DNA from: Gemmatimonas sp. | GTDB lineage: Bacteria; Gemmatimonadota; Gemmatimonadetes; Gemmatimonadales; Gemmatimonadaceae | DNA length: 50,780 nucleotides | Direction: 5' to 3' | Assembly (NCBI RefSeq): GCF_044345575.1 | Contig: NZ_JBIJAW010000001.1 | Coordinates: 1 to 50,780, forward strand | In this document: positions 28,701-36,003 of the stretch, piece after piece | Layout of the letters: the number at the start of each line of letters is the position of its first letter | Numbering within the stretch: position 1 is the first letter of the stretch | The notes under the pieces: model-generated | The model's database searches: none | The model's input: only the letters and a program-made list of their open reading frames with translations | Told to the model about the DNA's origin: nothing | Made by a program: the position numbers and the translations under genes

Positions 28701-29347
28701 GACGCCGTGGCCCGGATCACTGTGGTGCCAGCCGCCAGAGCGGTGACCAGCCCTTGATGGTCCACCAGCGCGACGGCGGGGACGCTCGATCGCCAGACCA
28801 CCGGCGTGGGGGTGGCGCCATCGTCGTACGCAACCGCCACGGTGAGGCGTTGCTGTCCACCCTCGCCGAGGACGACGCTCCGCGTATCGAGCTTGAGGGC
28901 GGAGGCGCCGACGACCGACAGGACGACGCTGGTGTTGACGTTGGGGTTACTGGCCGCGGCGGCGGTGATCATGGCGGTGCCGCGGGAGGCGCCCGTGATG
29001 ACGCCCCCGGGTACCACGGATAGGACCGCGGGGGCGCTCGACGTCCAGACGATGTCGGCGTTGGGCAGCGCGCCCGCGAGCCCGGCCACCCTGGCCTGGA
29101 GGACGGCGACTTCTCCGACGGACAGACGGGTGGCCGGGGCCGCGATCGTGATGCGATCCGGCACGGGTGGCGCTACGGGGTCAGCGGAGCAGCCGGTGAG
29201 CGCCGCCAGAGCGAGCAGCGCGGCCAGAACCCCTCGGCCGTCCCGGCCAGCCGCCCACCCGCCCCGCGTCGTTGTTCCGTTGAAGTCCGATCGTCCCAGC
29301 CGCATGCCCGAACCCACTCCGCTCGACGTCCATTTCGAAATCACCAC
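25742..29347 (-). CDS. Large Big_2 (Ig-like) repeat lipoprotein, about 13 domains
   Basis: Lipobox LAALTGC followed by repeated units of about 85 aa, W.SS.P.VATVS..G.VTAV..G...IT. Confidence 0.88.
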   Translation of the reverse strand: MVISKWTSSGVGSGMRLGRSDFNGTTTRGGWAAGRDGRGVLAALLALAALTGCSADPVAPPVPDRITIAAPATRLSVGEVAVLQARVAGLAGALPNADIVWTSSAPAVLSVVPGGVITGASRGTAMITAAAASNPNVNTSVVLSVVGASALKLDTRSVVLGEGGQQRLTVAVAYDDGATPTPVVWRSSVPAVALVDHQGLVTALAAGTTVIRATASGQSDSAVVTVSSQPVGSVTIDSGSSSALFISDRRSLTATVRNTAGVVLPGRPIAWSSVNPAVATVSTAGLVTAVGAGTTTILAESGGRVAEATLVVIHRAASVTLAPASLRVPRGRTEVLTPTIRDTAGALLTERRSVTWSSSAPTIATVSADGTVTGVANGSASITATVEGISGTATITVVDPVTSVLVTPAALSLPVGGTQQVSAAARDTKGAPLTGRAVVWASSNPAVASVSASGVVTAVAAGSANLTATVEGVDATATVVVVRPVATVAVAPGNANLFVGRTLQLSASARDAQGTALTGRPVSWSVSDPAIATISATGLVTAVAPGTIAITATVEGVEASTGLTVVPLPPALTGITVSVDTVVLFAGRMRAVTTTVDQPTGAPVATVTFGSVMPSVATVSATGVITAVGPGTAKITATAAVAGNSNFAAATQTATIEVIVLPVPVASVQVTPGTVNLVVGVAQQLAMTVRDSVGAPLSGRVATWTSSNTAVASISATGLVTGVSVGTATLTVNVEGAQATALVSVGPLPAAVTSLTVNPNSHSLIAGQTRTVTPTVVRPAGAPAATLTYGTTNPAVASVSTAGVITAVAPGTATITVTATAPGNTNFAAATMSELVAVSVSAAVASVQVTPGTAALMPGSTQQLATTVRDSTGADLTGRTVAWSSSNPAVATVSATGLVTAVAVGNVTVTATVGGVPGTMSVTVSPLPTSVTSVSVSPTAVSLLVGKTSSVAPVVSQPSGAPTASVTFGTTAPSVATVSTAGLILAVGPGTATITVTATAVGNTGFSAASRTATVTVTVTAVPVASVSVAPTEASILAGASQQLVVIARDSAGQALTGRTISWATLNAAAAVVNTSGLVTGVAPGTATITATVEGIVGTATITVLPAPAAITSLTVSPSSATVTVGQTRTLTPTVTQPTGAPTATVTYTSSDPAVATVSPTGVVSAVAAGTVNITVTATAPSNGSFAPTTVSSTVVITVVP

Positions 29348-29372
29348 GCCTCGTGCGCGGTCCTGTTCGGGA

Positions 29373-29399
29373 GTATCGGCAGCAGGGCGAAAAACTCAC
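29373..29399 (-). promoter_or_regulatory. Putative sigma28 (FliA) promoter for the Ig-repeat gene
   Basis: GTGAGTTT-N11-GCCGATAC versus the consensus TAAAGTTT-N11-GCCGATAA. Confidence 0.55.
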
Positions 29400-29404
29400 G
29401 GCAG

Positions 29405-29441
29405 TTGCCGTCCGGCCCTTGTCTGTCTACACTTCAAGGCT
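29405..29441 (+). promoter_or_regulatory. Putative sigma70 promoter of the rpsF operon
   Basis: TTGCCG-N17-TACACT followed by TCAAGGCT. Confidence 0.65.
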
Positions 29442-29530
29442 CATCCAGAACGTCCTCCGGACCTTCTGACACCCTCCGCCCGCGGCTCGGCACTGCGGGT
29501 GGCTCTCATGACCATAGGGAGGATTGCCGA

Positions 29531-29923
29531 GTGGCAAAGCTCAAGATCCGCCGTAATCCCACGCGGCGGTACGAAGCCGTGTACATCTTCGACAGTGCGC
29601 TCGAAGATGCGACCATCGCTGAAAAGCTCGAGAAGCTGCAGGGCCTGCTCAACCTCGCCGAACCGGCGACGATCGAGCACTGGGGCCGTCGTCAGCTCGC
29701 GTACAAGATCGGCCGTCACGAGAACGGCTACTACGTGATCAGCAACTTCACCGCGGCACCGGCCGTGCTCCCCGAGTTCGAGCGCGCGCTCAAGCTCGAA
29801 GAGAGCGTGGTGCGCTATCTGGTGACGCTGTATGAGCATGAGCTTGGTGCGCCCAAGCTCTCCGACGAAGAGCTCGCCTCGCGCCGTCGCGCGAGCGACG
29901 ATGACGACGACGACGAGGAATAA
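29531..29923 (+). CDS. rpsF: 30S ribosomal protein S6
   Basis: RRYEAVYIF, WGRRQLAYKI and an acidic tail. SD AGGGAGGA precedes GTG 29531. Confidence 0.95.
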   Translation: MAKLKIRRNPTRRYEAVYIFDSALEDATIAEKLEKLQGLLNLAEPATIEHWGRRQLAYKIGRHENGYYVISNFTAAPAVLPEFERALKLEESVVRYLVTLYEHELGAPKLSDEELASRRRASDDDDDDEE

Positions 29924-29926
29924 CCC

Positions 29927-30148
29927 ATGCGCCGCCAGAAGAAGCCCTGCCCGATCACTGAAGCGGGCATCCGCTACGTCGATTATAAGGACGACCGCCT
30001 CCTCGCCCGTTTCATCACGGACTACGGCAAGATCCTGCCGAGCCGTCTGAGCGGTGTGGACGCGCGTCATCAGCGTCAGCTGTCGAAGGCCGTGAAGAAG
30101 GCGCGTTACCTCGCGCTCCTTCCGTACGTGAAGGGCCAGACGGCCTGA
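29927..30148 (+). CDS. rpsR: 30S ribosomal protein S18
   Basis: [15 protein letters not shown] and [20 protein letters not shown]. Confidence 0.96.
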   Translation: MRRQKKPCPITEAGIRYVDYKDDRLLARFITDYGKILPSRLSGVDARHQRQLSKAVKKARYLALLPYVKGQTA

Positions 30149-30150
30149 GC

Positions 30151-31317
30151 GTGAACGGGGCGGTCGCGTCGGGGAACGCCGCGACTGCTCCGTCGGGCGG
30201 TGCGCCGCAGGAACGCGGGTGGCGCTGGTTCGTGCTGGGCATGCTGCTGATGGTCGCCGTGACCGCAGCACCGGCCTGGCCGCCGGCCCTCGCGCTGCTG
30301 GCCGGTACCGTGCGGCTCCTCCTGCCGGTCGAGCAGTTCGCGCTGCTTGTCTTGGTAGGGATCGCCTCGTGTGCGGTAGTGGGATGGTGGGCCGGGGGAC
30401 GCCTGATGCTGGGCCTCGTGTGGGGCTTGGCGGCGGCGTACGTCGTGTGGAAGGTGCCATTGCCGTTGTCCGGCTACGGGGCCTTCCTGCGGGGCTGGGC
30501 GGTCACGGCGGGGGCAGCCTTCGGGCTCGTCTGTCTGGTCGCCGCTTCCAAACCGTTCCTCACCCGGGCGTTGGCGGCCGTGGCGTTGGCGGGCGTGGTC
30601 ACGCTGGGAGGACTCTCCACGCGGGCAGCCCCCGGCGCGGGCGCCTTCGATGCGGTGTCGCTGATGCTGTCGCAGGAGTATTCGCAGCGGCTCGGCGCTT
30701 CGCTCGAAGCGTGGCACGACCGGACCACGACGGCCTCATGGCAGCAGTTTGCAACGCGCTTCCCCGAAGCGGCGGTACGCACGGAGCGGATGGAGGCGCT
30801 GTTGGTGGCGCTGGCTGATCCGCAACCGGCGGCAGCATCGGTGGGGGGCGTTCGGCTTGCGCCGCTGGTGCGGCTCGCACCGGCCCTGTTGGCGTTGGAA
30901 ACGTTGTTGGCGTTGGCCCTGGGGTGGGCCGCGTACCACCGGTTGGCCCGGGCCCGTATCGGCCCGCCGCTGGCGGCACTGCGACTCCTCCGGTTCAACG
31001 ATCAGTGGGTGTGGGGGTTGATCGTCGGCATGACAGTGTTGCTGCTCCCCACGCTGGTGGAGTGGCGCACGGCCGGCCTCAACCTGGTGGCGTTTTTCGG
31101 CACGCTGTACGCCCTGCGAGGCGCCGGTGTGCTTACGTGGTACATCCCCGATCGCGTGGCCGTGTGGGTGCCGATCGGATTGCTGGTGCTGGTTCCGGTC
31201 CTGGGGCCGTTGTGGGTGCTCGTGGGGTTGCTCACGGTCACGTTCACACTGGGGCTGGGTGATACTTGGCGCGACTTCCGCGCTGGCGCCGACGCGCGCC
31301 GGCCGTGGTCGCCGTAA
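30151..31317 (+). CDS. Multi-pass membrane protein, DUF2232/YybS-like
   Basis: Highly hydrophobic, ends LGLGDTWRDFR, and occupies the usual rpsR-X-rplI position. Confidence 0.75.
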   Translation: MNGAVASGNAATAPSGGAPQERGWRWFVLGMLLMVAVTAAPAWPPALALLAGTVRLLLPVEQFALLVLVGIASCAVVGWWAGGRLMLGLVWGLAAAYVVWKVPLPLSGYGAFLRGWAVTAGAAFGLVCLVAASKPFLTRALAAVALAGVVTLGGLSTRAAPGAGAFDAVSLMLSQEYSQRLGASLEAWHDRTTTASWQQFATRFPEAAVRTERMEALLVALADPQPAAASVGGVRLAPLVRLAPALLALETLLALALGWAAYHRLARARIGPPLAALRLLRFNDQWVWGLIVGMTVLLLPTLVEWRTAGLNLVAFFGTLYALRGAGVLTWYIPDRVAVWVPIGLLVLVPVLGPLWVLVGLLTVTFTLGLGDTWRDFRAGADARRPWSP

Positions 31318-31353
31318 ACTCAATTTCTTTCACCGGTTCGACCCGGAGTTCCC

Positions 31354-31797
31354 ATGGAAGTCATTCTCCGCAACGCCATCGACAAGCTCGGACATCCTGG
31401 TGACATCGTCTCCGTGTCGCCGGGCTACGCCCGCAACTTCCTCCTGCCCCGTGGCCTCGCCTACCAGGCGACGCCGGGCAACCTCAAGCGCATCGCGGCC
31501 GAAAAGAGCCGTCTCGAAGCGCTCGAGAACGAGCGCAAGGCCGCCGCGCAGGCGATCGCCGACAAGCTCGCCGAGGTCTCCGTGACCTTCGCGGCGCGCG
31601 TGGGCGAAGAGGGCAAGCTCTTCGGCTCCGTCACCAGCAGCGACATCGCGCACCAGCTCGAGGCGCAGGGCTTCAAGATCGAAAAGCGTCAGATCGAGCT
31701 CAACGAGCCGATCAAGGCGCTCGGCATGTACAAGGTGCCGATCAAGCTGCACGCCGACGTGCACCCCGAAATCAAGGTGTGGATCATCAAGCAGTAA
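31354..31797 (+). CDS. rplI: 50S ribosomal protein L9
   Basis: MEVIL...LGHPGDIVSVSPGYARNFLLP and GKLFGSVT. Confidence 0.97.
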   Translation: MEVILRNAIDKLGHPGDIVSVSPGYARNFLLPRGLAYQATPGNLKRIAAEKSRLEALENERKAAAQAIADKLAEVSVTFAARVGEEGKLFGSVTSSDIAHQLEAQGFKIEKRQIELNEPIKALGMYKVPIKLHADVHPEIKVWIIKQ

Positions 31798-31841
31798 GCC
31801 CGTTCGCGGGGCTCTCTCGGGAGCACCATACCCGCAGCGCG

Positions 31842-31876
31842 AGGGGAGTCCGGAGTCCGGACTCCCCTTTGGCTTT
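31842..31876 (+). terminator. Intrinsic terminator after rplI
   Basis: AGGGGAGTCCGG-AGT-CCGGACTCCCCT followed by TTGGCTTT. Confidence 0.7.
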
Positions 31877-32044
31877 CGTGACCGCCCGCCCCCGCAGGCG
31901 GTCCCACTCGTCGTCGACCGGCAGACGGGGCCTCCGGCCCCCTGTCCGAGTCGTATGTTTCGAAGCAACCTTCGCCTGTAGCGTGGGGTACGAAGTTCTC
32001 CAATGGAACTCCGCCCTGCCCTGAGGCCCTTACCCGCAATACCC

Positions 32045-32425
32045 ATGGCTGAACGACGCCCGAGCCCCGGAGAACCCATCGCCCGCCGCGCTGCTGCGCT
32101 GGCCAGCGACATGAAGGCCACTGACATCGTGGTCCTCGATCTCCGGGGAGTGACGGATATGACGGATTTCTTTGTTATTGCCTCCGGGACCTCGGACACC
32201 CATGTCCGGGCCGTTGCGGAGCACATCCAGGCAGGGTTGAAGTCGGGTGGCGTGTCTACCACCATGACCGAAGGCCTCACGCAGGGACGGTGGGCACTGC
32301 TCGACTATGCCGACTGCGTGATCCACGTTTTTCATCCGACGTTACGGCAGTTCTACCAGCTCGAACGGCTCTGGGGTGATGCCACCCCGCTCGCGCTGGG
32401 CGCCGAAATCACGCAGGGAGCGTAA
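32045..32425 (+). CDS. rsfS: Ribosome silencing factor RsfS
   Basis: KATDIVVLDL, DFFVIASG, WALLDY and RQFYQLERLW. Confidence 0.93.
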   Translation: MAERRPSPGEPIARRAAALASDMKATDIVVLDLRGVTDMTDFFVIASGTSDTHVRAVAEHIQAGLKSGGVSTTMTEGLTQGRWALLDYADCVIHVFHPTLRQFYQLERLWGDATPLALGAEITQGA

Positions 32426-32430
32426 TTCGC

Positions 32431-35400
32431 ATGACGCAGGCGACGCGGTGGTCACGACTCGGTTCGACGTTGCACTTCGCGGTCGCGGCCGCGGCGTTGG
32501 CTGTTTCGGCAGCCGTCACGCCCGCCGGCGCCCAGGGCTTCTTTGGGCAGAACCAGGTGCAGTACGACCGGCTCAACTGGCGCGTCATCGAGACGGAGCA
32601 CTTCAAGCTCCACTACTACCCGCAGATCGCCGATGTCGCGCCCGAGGCCGCGCGCATGTCCGAGCGCGCCTACGCGCGTCTCTCGCGCCTCACGGCGCAT
32701 CAGTTCCGCGAAAAGAAGCCCATCCTGATCTTCGGGTCGTCGGGCGACTTCGCGCAGAGCAACGTGTTCGGCGACCTGGGTGAAGGCACGGGCGGTGTCA
32801 CTGACCCGCTGCGTCAGCGCATGGCGCAGTTCTTCAGCGGTGACTGGGCCAGCTTCGAGCACGTGCTCATCCACGAAATGGTGCACGTGTTCACCTTCGA
32901 CATCTTTTCGCGCGGTCGCGCGGGCGCCGGGTTGCAGAACCTGGCGATGGTGAACCCGCCGCTCTGGTACATGGAAGGGTTGGCCGAGTACCTGTCCATC
33001 GGCCCCAATCATCCGTGGACCGATGCGTGGGTGCGTGATGCCGTGGTGAACAATTCGCTCCCCACCATCGCGCAGATGACGGAGCGCCCCGACCGGTACT
33101 TCCCGTATCGGTACGGGCTCGCGCTGTGGCAGTACGTGGGCGCGCGCTGGGGCGACGAAGTGATCGGCGAAATCATGAACGCCACGCCGAGCCTTGGCAT
33201 CGATCGCGCGTTCCGCCGCGAAATCGGCTTGTCGCTCGACGAGCTGAGCGCCGACTGGAAGGCGGCGATGCAGGCCAAGTACATCACGGCCGCGGCCACG
33301 CTCGACCGTCCCCGCAGCTTTGCCGAACCGCTGCTGTCGCAGGCTCGGACCGGTGGCCTCGCGCCCATCTACGTGGCCCCTGCCCTCTCCGACGACGGCA
33401 AGTACATCACATACGTGGGCTACGGCAGCCTGCTCCGGGGCGAAGTGTTCCCCGAGCTGTTCCTCGCCGACGCGACCACGGGCAAGCGACTCAAGCGGCT
33501 GGTGAAGACCACCACCAACCCCGACTTCGAGCAGCTGCGCTACATCTACTCGCAGCCGTCGTTCTCACCCGACGGCAAACTGCTCGCGTTCACCGGGCAG
33601 CGTGGTGGCCGCGACGTGCTCTACGTGCTCGACGTGAAGTCCCGCAACATCGTCAAGCGCTTCGATTTCGAGCTCGACCAGGTGCTCAGCCCGAGCTTCT
33701 CTCCCGACGGGCGCCGCATCGTGTTCAGCGGTATGCGCCACGGCACGAGCGACCTGTACATCGCCTCGATGGACACGCCGGGCTTCACGCAGATCACGAA
33801 GGACACGTATGGCGATCTGTCGCCGGCGTGGTCCCCGGACGGCCAGTCGATCGCCTTCGTGTCGGAGCGCGGCCCCGACACCGACATGGACATCCTCAAG
33901 ATCGGTCCGTGGCGCATTGCCCTGTACGACTTCGAGACGCAGAAGATCACCCTCGTTCCCGGACAGGGCGGCCGCAACATCAACCCGCAGTGGGCGCCCG
34001 ACGGCAAGTCGCTCGCCTTCATTTCCGATCGCACCGGCATCGCGAACATCTTCCTGTACGATTTCGCGGACAAGGAGCATTACCAGCTCACGAACGTGCT
34101 GGGCGCGGTGACGGCCGTGGCCGAGCAGTCGCCGGCGCTCACGTGGGCGCGCGGCGCTGATCTCATGGCGTTCGTGTACTACGAGAAGACGGACCACGCG
34201 ATCTGGAAGATCCAGAACCCGCGCAAGCTCAAGAAGCAGCCGTTCCGTGACAACGTGGTCGTGGCGCAGCGACCGCTGCGTGACGGTGGCGCCAGCAAGG
34301 CGTCGGCCGCTCCGGTCGACCCCACGGCACATCTGCGCCGCGCCACCATGACCGACACGGCCGCCGCGCGCCAGAGCTTCTATCGTCCCACCACGGGCGC
34401 AACCGCGCGCGTGTCGGCCGATCTGCCGGCCAGCGTGCTTGCGCGCCAGGCAGAAACGGTGAGCGTGAAGGCGATGCTCGACAGCTTCGACTTCAATCTG
34501 CCAGACACCACCGGCCTCAAGGACGAACGCTACAAGGGCAAGCTCACGCCCGAGTACGTGGCGCAGCCGAGCATCGGCTATCAGCAGGGCGGCTTCGGCC
34601 AGGGAACCTACGGTGGCACCACCATCGTGCTCAGCGACCTGCTGGGCGATCGCCGCCTCGCGCTCTCGGGCTCGATCAACGGGCAGCTCAGCGATGCGCA
34701 GGTGTTCGCGGGGTACACGAGCCTCGGCCGTCGCCTGCAGTACACCACGGGCGTGATCCAGCAGCCGCTGTATCTGTTCTCCGGCTTCTACGAGACGCCG
34801 CAGAACGGCAGCCAGACGCAGTTCGTGCAGACGCAGGAAATCACGCGACTCGTGCTGCGGCAGGTGTTCGCGGCCGGCCTGTATCCGCTCAACCGCTTCA
34901 CGCGCTTCGAACTCGGGGCGCGCTTCCAGAACGTGGATCAGCAGGTGTTCTCGTTCAACCGCGGTGTCGATTACGGCCTCGGCTTCTCCACCGGGTTCGA
35001 GCGCGGCCCCACGCGCAACATCGCCTCGGCCAACACGATCTCGCCGTACATCGCGTGGGTCACCGACAACACGATGTTCGGCTACACCGGCCCAATCTCC
35101 GGGCGCCGCGCGCGCCTCGAGGCAGAGCCGAGCGTGGGCACGTGGCAGTACACGCAGTACACGGTGGACACGCGGTCGTACATCCCGATTCTGTTCAACT
35201 ATGTCACCTTCGCGACGCGCTTCACGTCGAGCCTCACGGTGGGACGGGACGAAGCGCGGTTCCCGAAGTGGATCGGTCGACCCGACTTCGTGCGCGGCTA
35301 CAACCGCGAAGACATCGGGTCCTTCGGCTGCACCGGCCTGCCGAATGACGACGGCAGCAGCTGCAGCGCCTCGGAGCTGATCGGCAGCCGCGTGGCGTTT

Positions 35401-35712
35401 GCGAACGCCGAACTGCGGTTCCCCATGATCCGCCGCTATGGCAACCGCACGAACCTGCTGGGTGGCCTCCCGCCCATCGACGGGCTGTTCTTCTACGACG
35501 CCGGTGTAGCGTGGTCGAAGGGGCAGAGCGTGTCGCTCTCGCGGCCGGCGAACCTGAGCGTGGACACGGCGCGCGGCCTACTGCAGAGCTACGGCTTCGG
35601 CATCCGCATGAACCTGTTCGGCATCGCCGTGATCCGCTGGGACTGGGCCGTGCCGGTGAGCCGGCCGGGCGCGAGAGGGTTTGGGACGTGGTTCTTTGGG
35701 GCGTCGTACTGA
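32431..35712 (+). CDS. Peptidase MA-like + PD40/TolB-like propeller + BamA/Omp85-like barrel fusion protein
   Basis: Signal peptide; HEMVH...WYMEGLAE; multiple PSFSPDG/PAWSPDG repeats; C-terminal VRGY, NAELRFP, FYDAG, GFGIR and terminal Y. Confidence 0.85.
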   Translation: MTQATRWSRLGSTLHFAVAAAALAVSAAVTPAGAQGFFGQNQVQYDRLNWRVIETEHFKLHYYPQIADVAPEAARMSERAYARLSRLTAHQFREKKPILIFGSSGDFAQSNVFGDLGEGTGGVTDPLRQRMAQFFSGDWASFEHVLIHEMVHVFTFDIFSRGRAGAGLQNLAMVNPPLWYMEGLAEYLSIGPNHPWTDAWVRDAVVNNSLPTIAQMTERPDRYFPYRYGLALWQYVGARWGDEVIGEIMNATPSLGIDRAFRREIGLSLDELSADWKAAMQAKYITAAATLDRPRSFAEPLLSQARTGGLAPIYVAPALSDDGKYITYVGYGSLLRGEVFPELFLADATTGKRLKRLVKTTTNPDFEQLRYIYSQPSFSPDGKLLAFTGQRGGRDVLYVLDVKSRNIVKRFDFELDQVLSPSFSPDGRRIVFSGMRHGTSDLYIASMDTPGFTQITKDTYGDLSPAWSPDGQSIAFVSERGPDTDMDILKIGPWRIALYDFETQKITLVPGQGGRNINPQWAPDGKSLAFISDRTGIANIFLYDFADKEHYQLTNVLGAVTAVAEQSPALTWARGADLMAFVYYEKTDHAIWKIQNPRKLKKQPFRDNVVVAQRPLRDGGASKASAAPVDPTAHLRRATMTDTAAARQSFYRPTTGATARVSADLPASVLARQAETVSVKAMLDSFDFNLPDTTGLKDERYKGKLTPEYVAQPSIGYQQGGFGQGTYGGTTIVLSDLLGDRRLALSGSINGQLSDAQVFAGYTSLGRRLQYTTGVIQQPLYLFSGFYETPQNGSQTQFVQTQEITRLVLRQVFAAGLYPLNRFTRFELGARFQNVDQQVFSFNRGVDYGLGFSTGFERGPTRNIASANTISPYIAWVTDNTMFGYTGPISGRRARLEAEPSVGTWQYTQYTVDTRSYIPILFNYVTFATRFTSSLTVGRDEARFPKWIGRPDFVRGYNREDIGSFGCTGLPNDDGSSCSASELIGSRVAFANAELRFPMIRRYGNRTNLLGGLPPIDGLFFYDAGVAWSKGQSVSLSRPANLSVDTARGLLQSYGFGIRMNLFGIAVIRWDWAVPVSRPGARGFGTWFFGASY

Positions 35713-35752
35713 CCGGGCATCCGTGTGTTTCACGGATTCCGTGGCTGGGGGA

Positions 35753-35914
35753 ACGGAAGCTGATGGAACGGGAGCTTCACCCACGGGAAGAGCCGCGGGC
35801 CACGACGATGTCGCGGCCCGTTTGGCTTTCCCTGAATCGGGCAGGGGCGTTCCCGTGGGTGAAGCTCCCGTCCCACCAGCTCCCGTAGTTGAGCTTCCGC
35901 CTCGGGAGCTTCCG
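35753..35914. repeat. 37-bp inverted repeat with about 15-nt periodic AGCTYCCG units and nested hairpins
   Basis: 35753-35789 versus 35850-35886 has 3 mismatches. AGCT recurs at 35758, 35773 and at 35863, 35878, 35892, 35907. Inner stem at 35796-35820. Confidence 0.8.
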
Positions 35915-36003
35915 TGGTGCCGCTGTTTTCCGCGTCCCGAAACAACCCCAAAGCCAAGAAGCAACCCCTCCCTTCCCTTCCCTCGGACGGGTACTTTTCC
36001 CTC

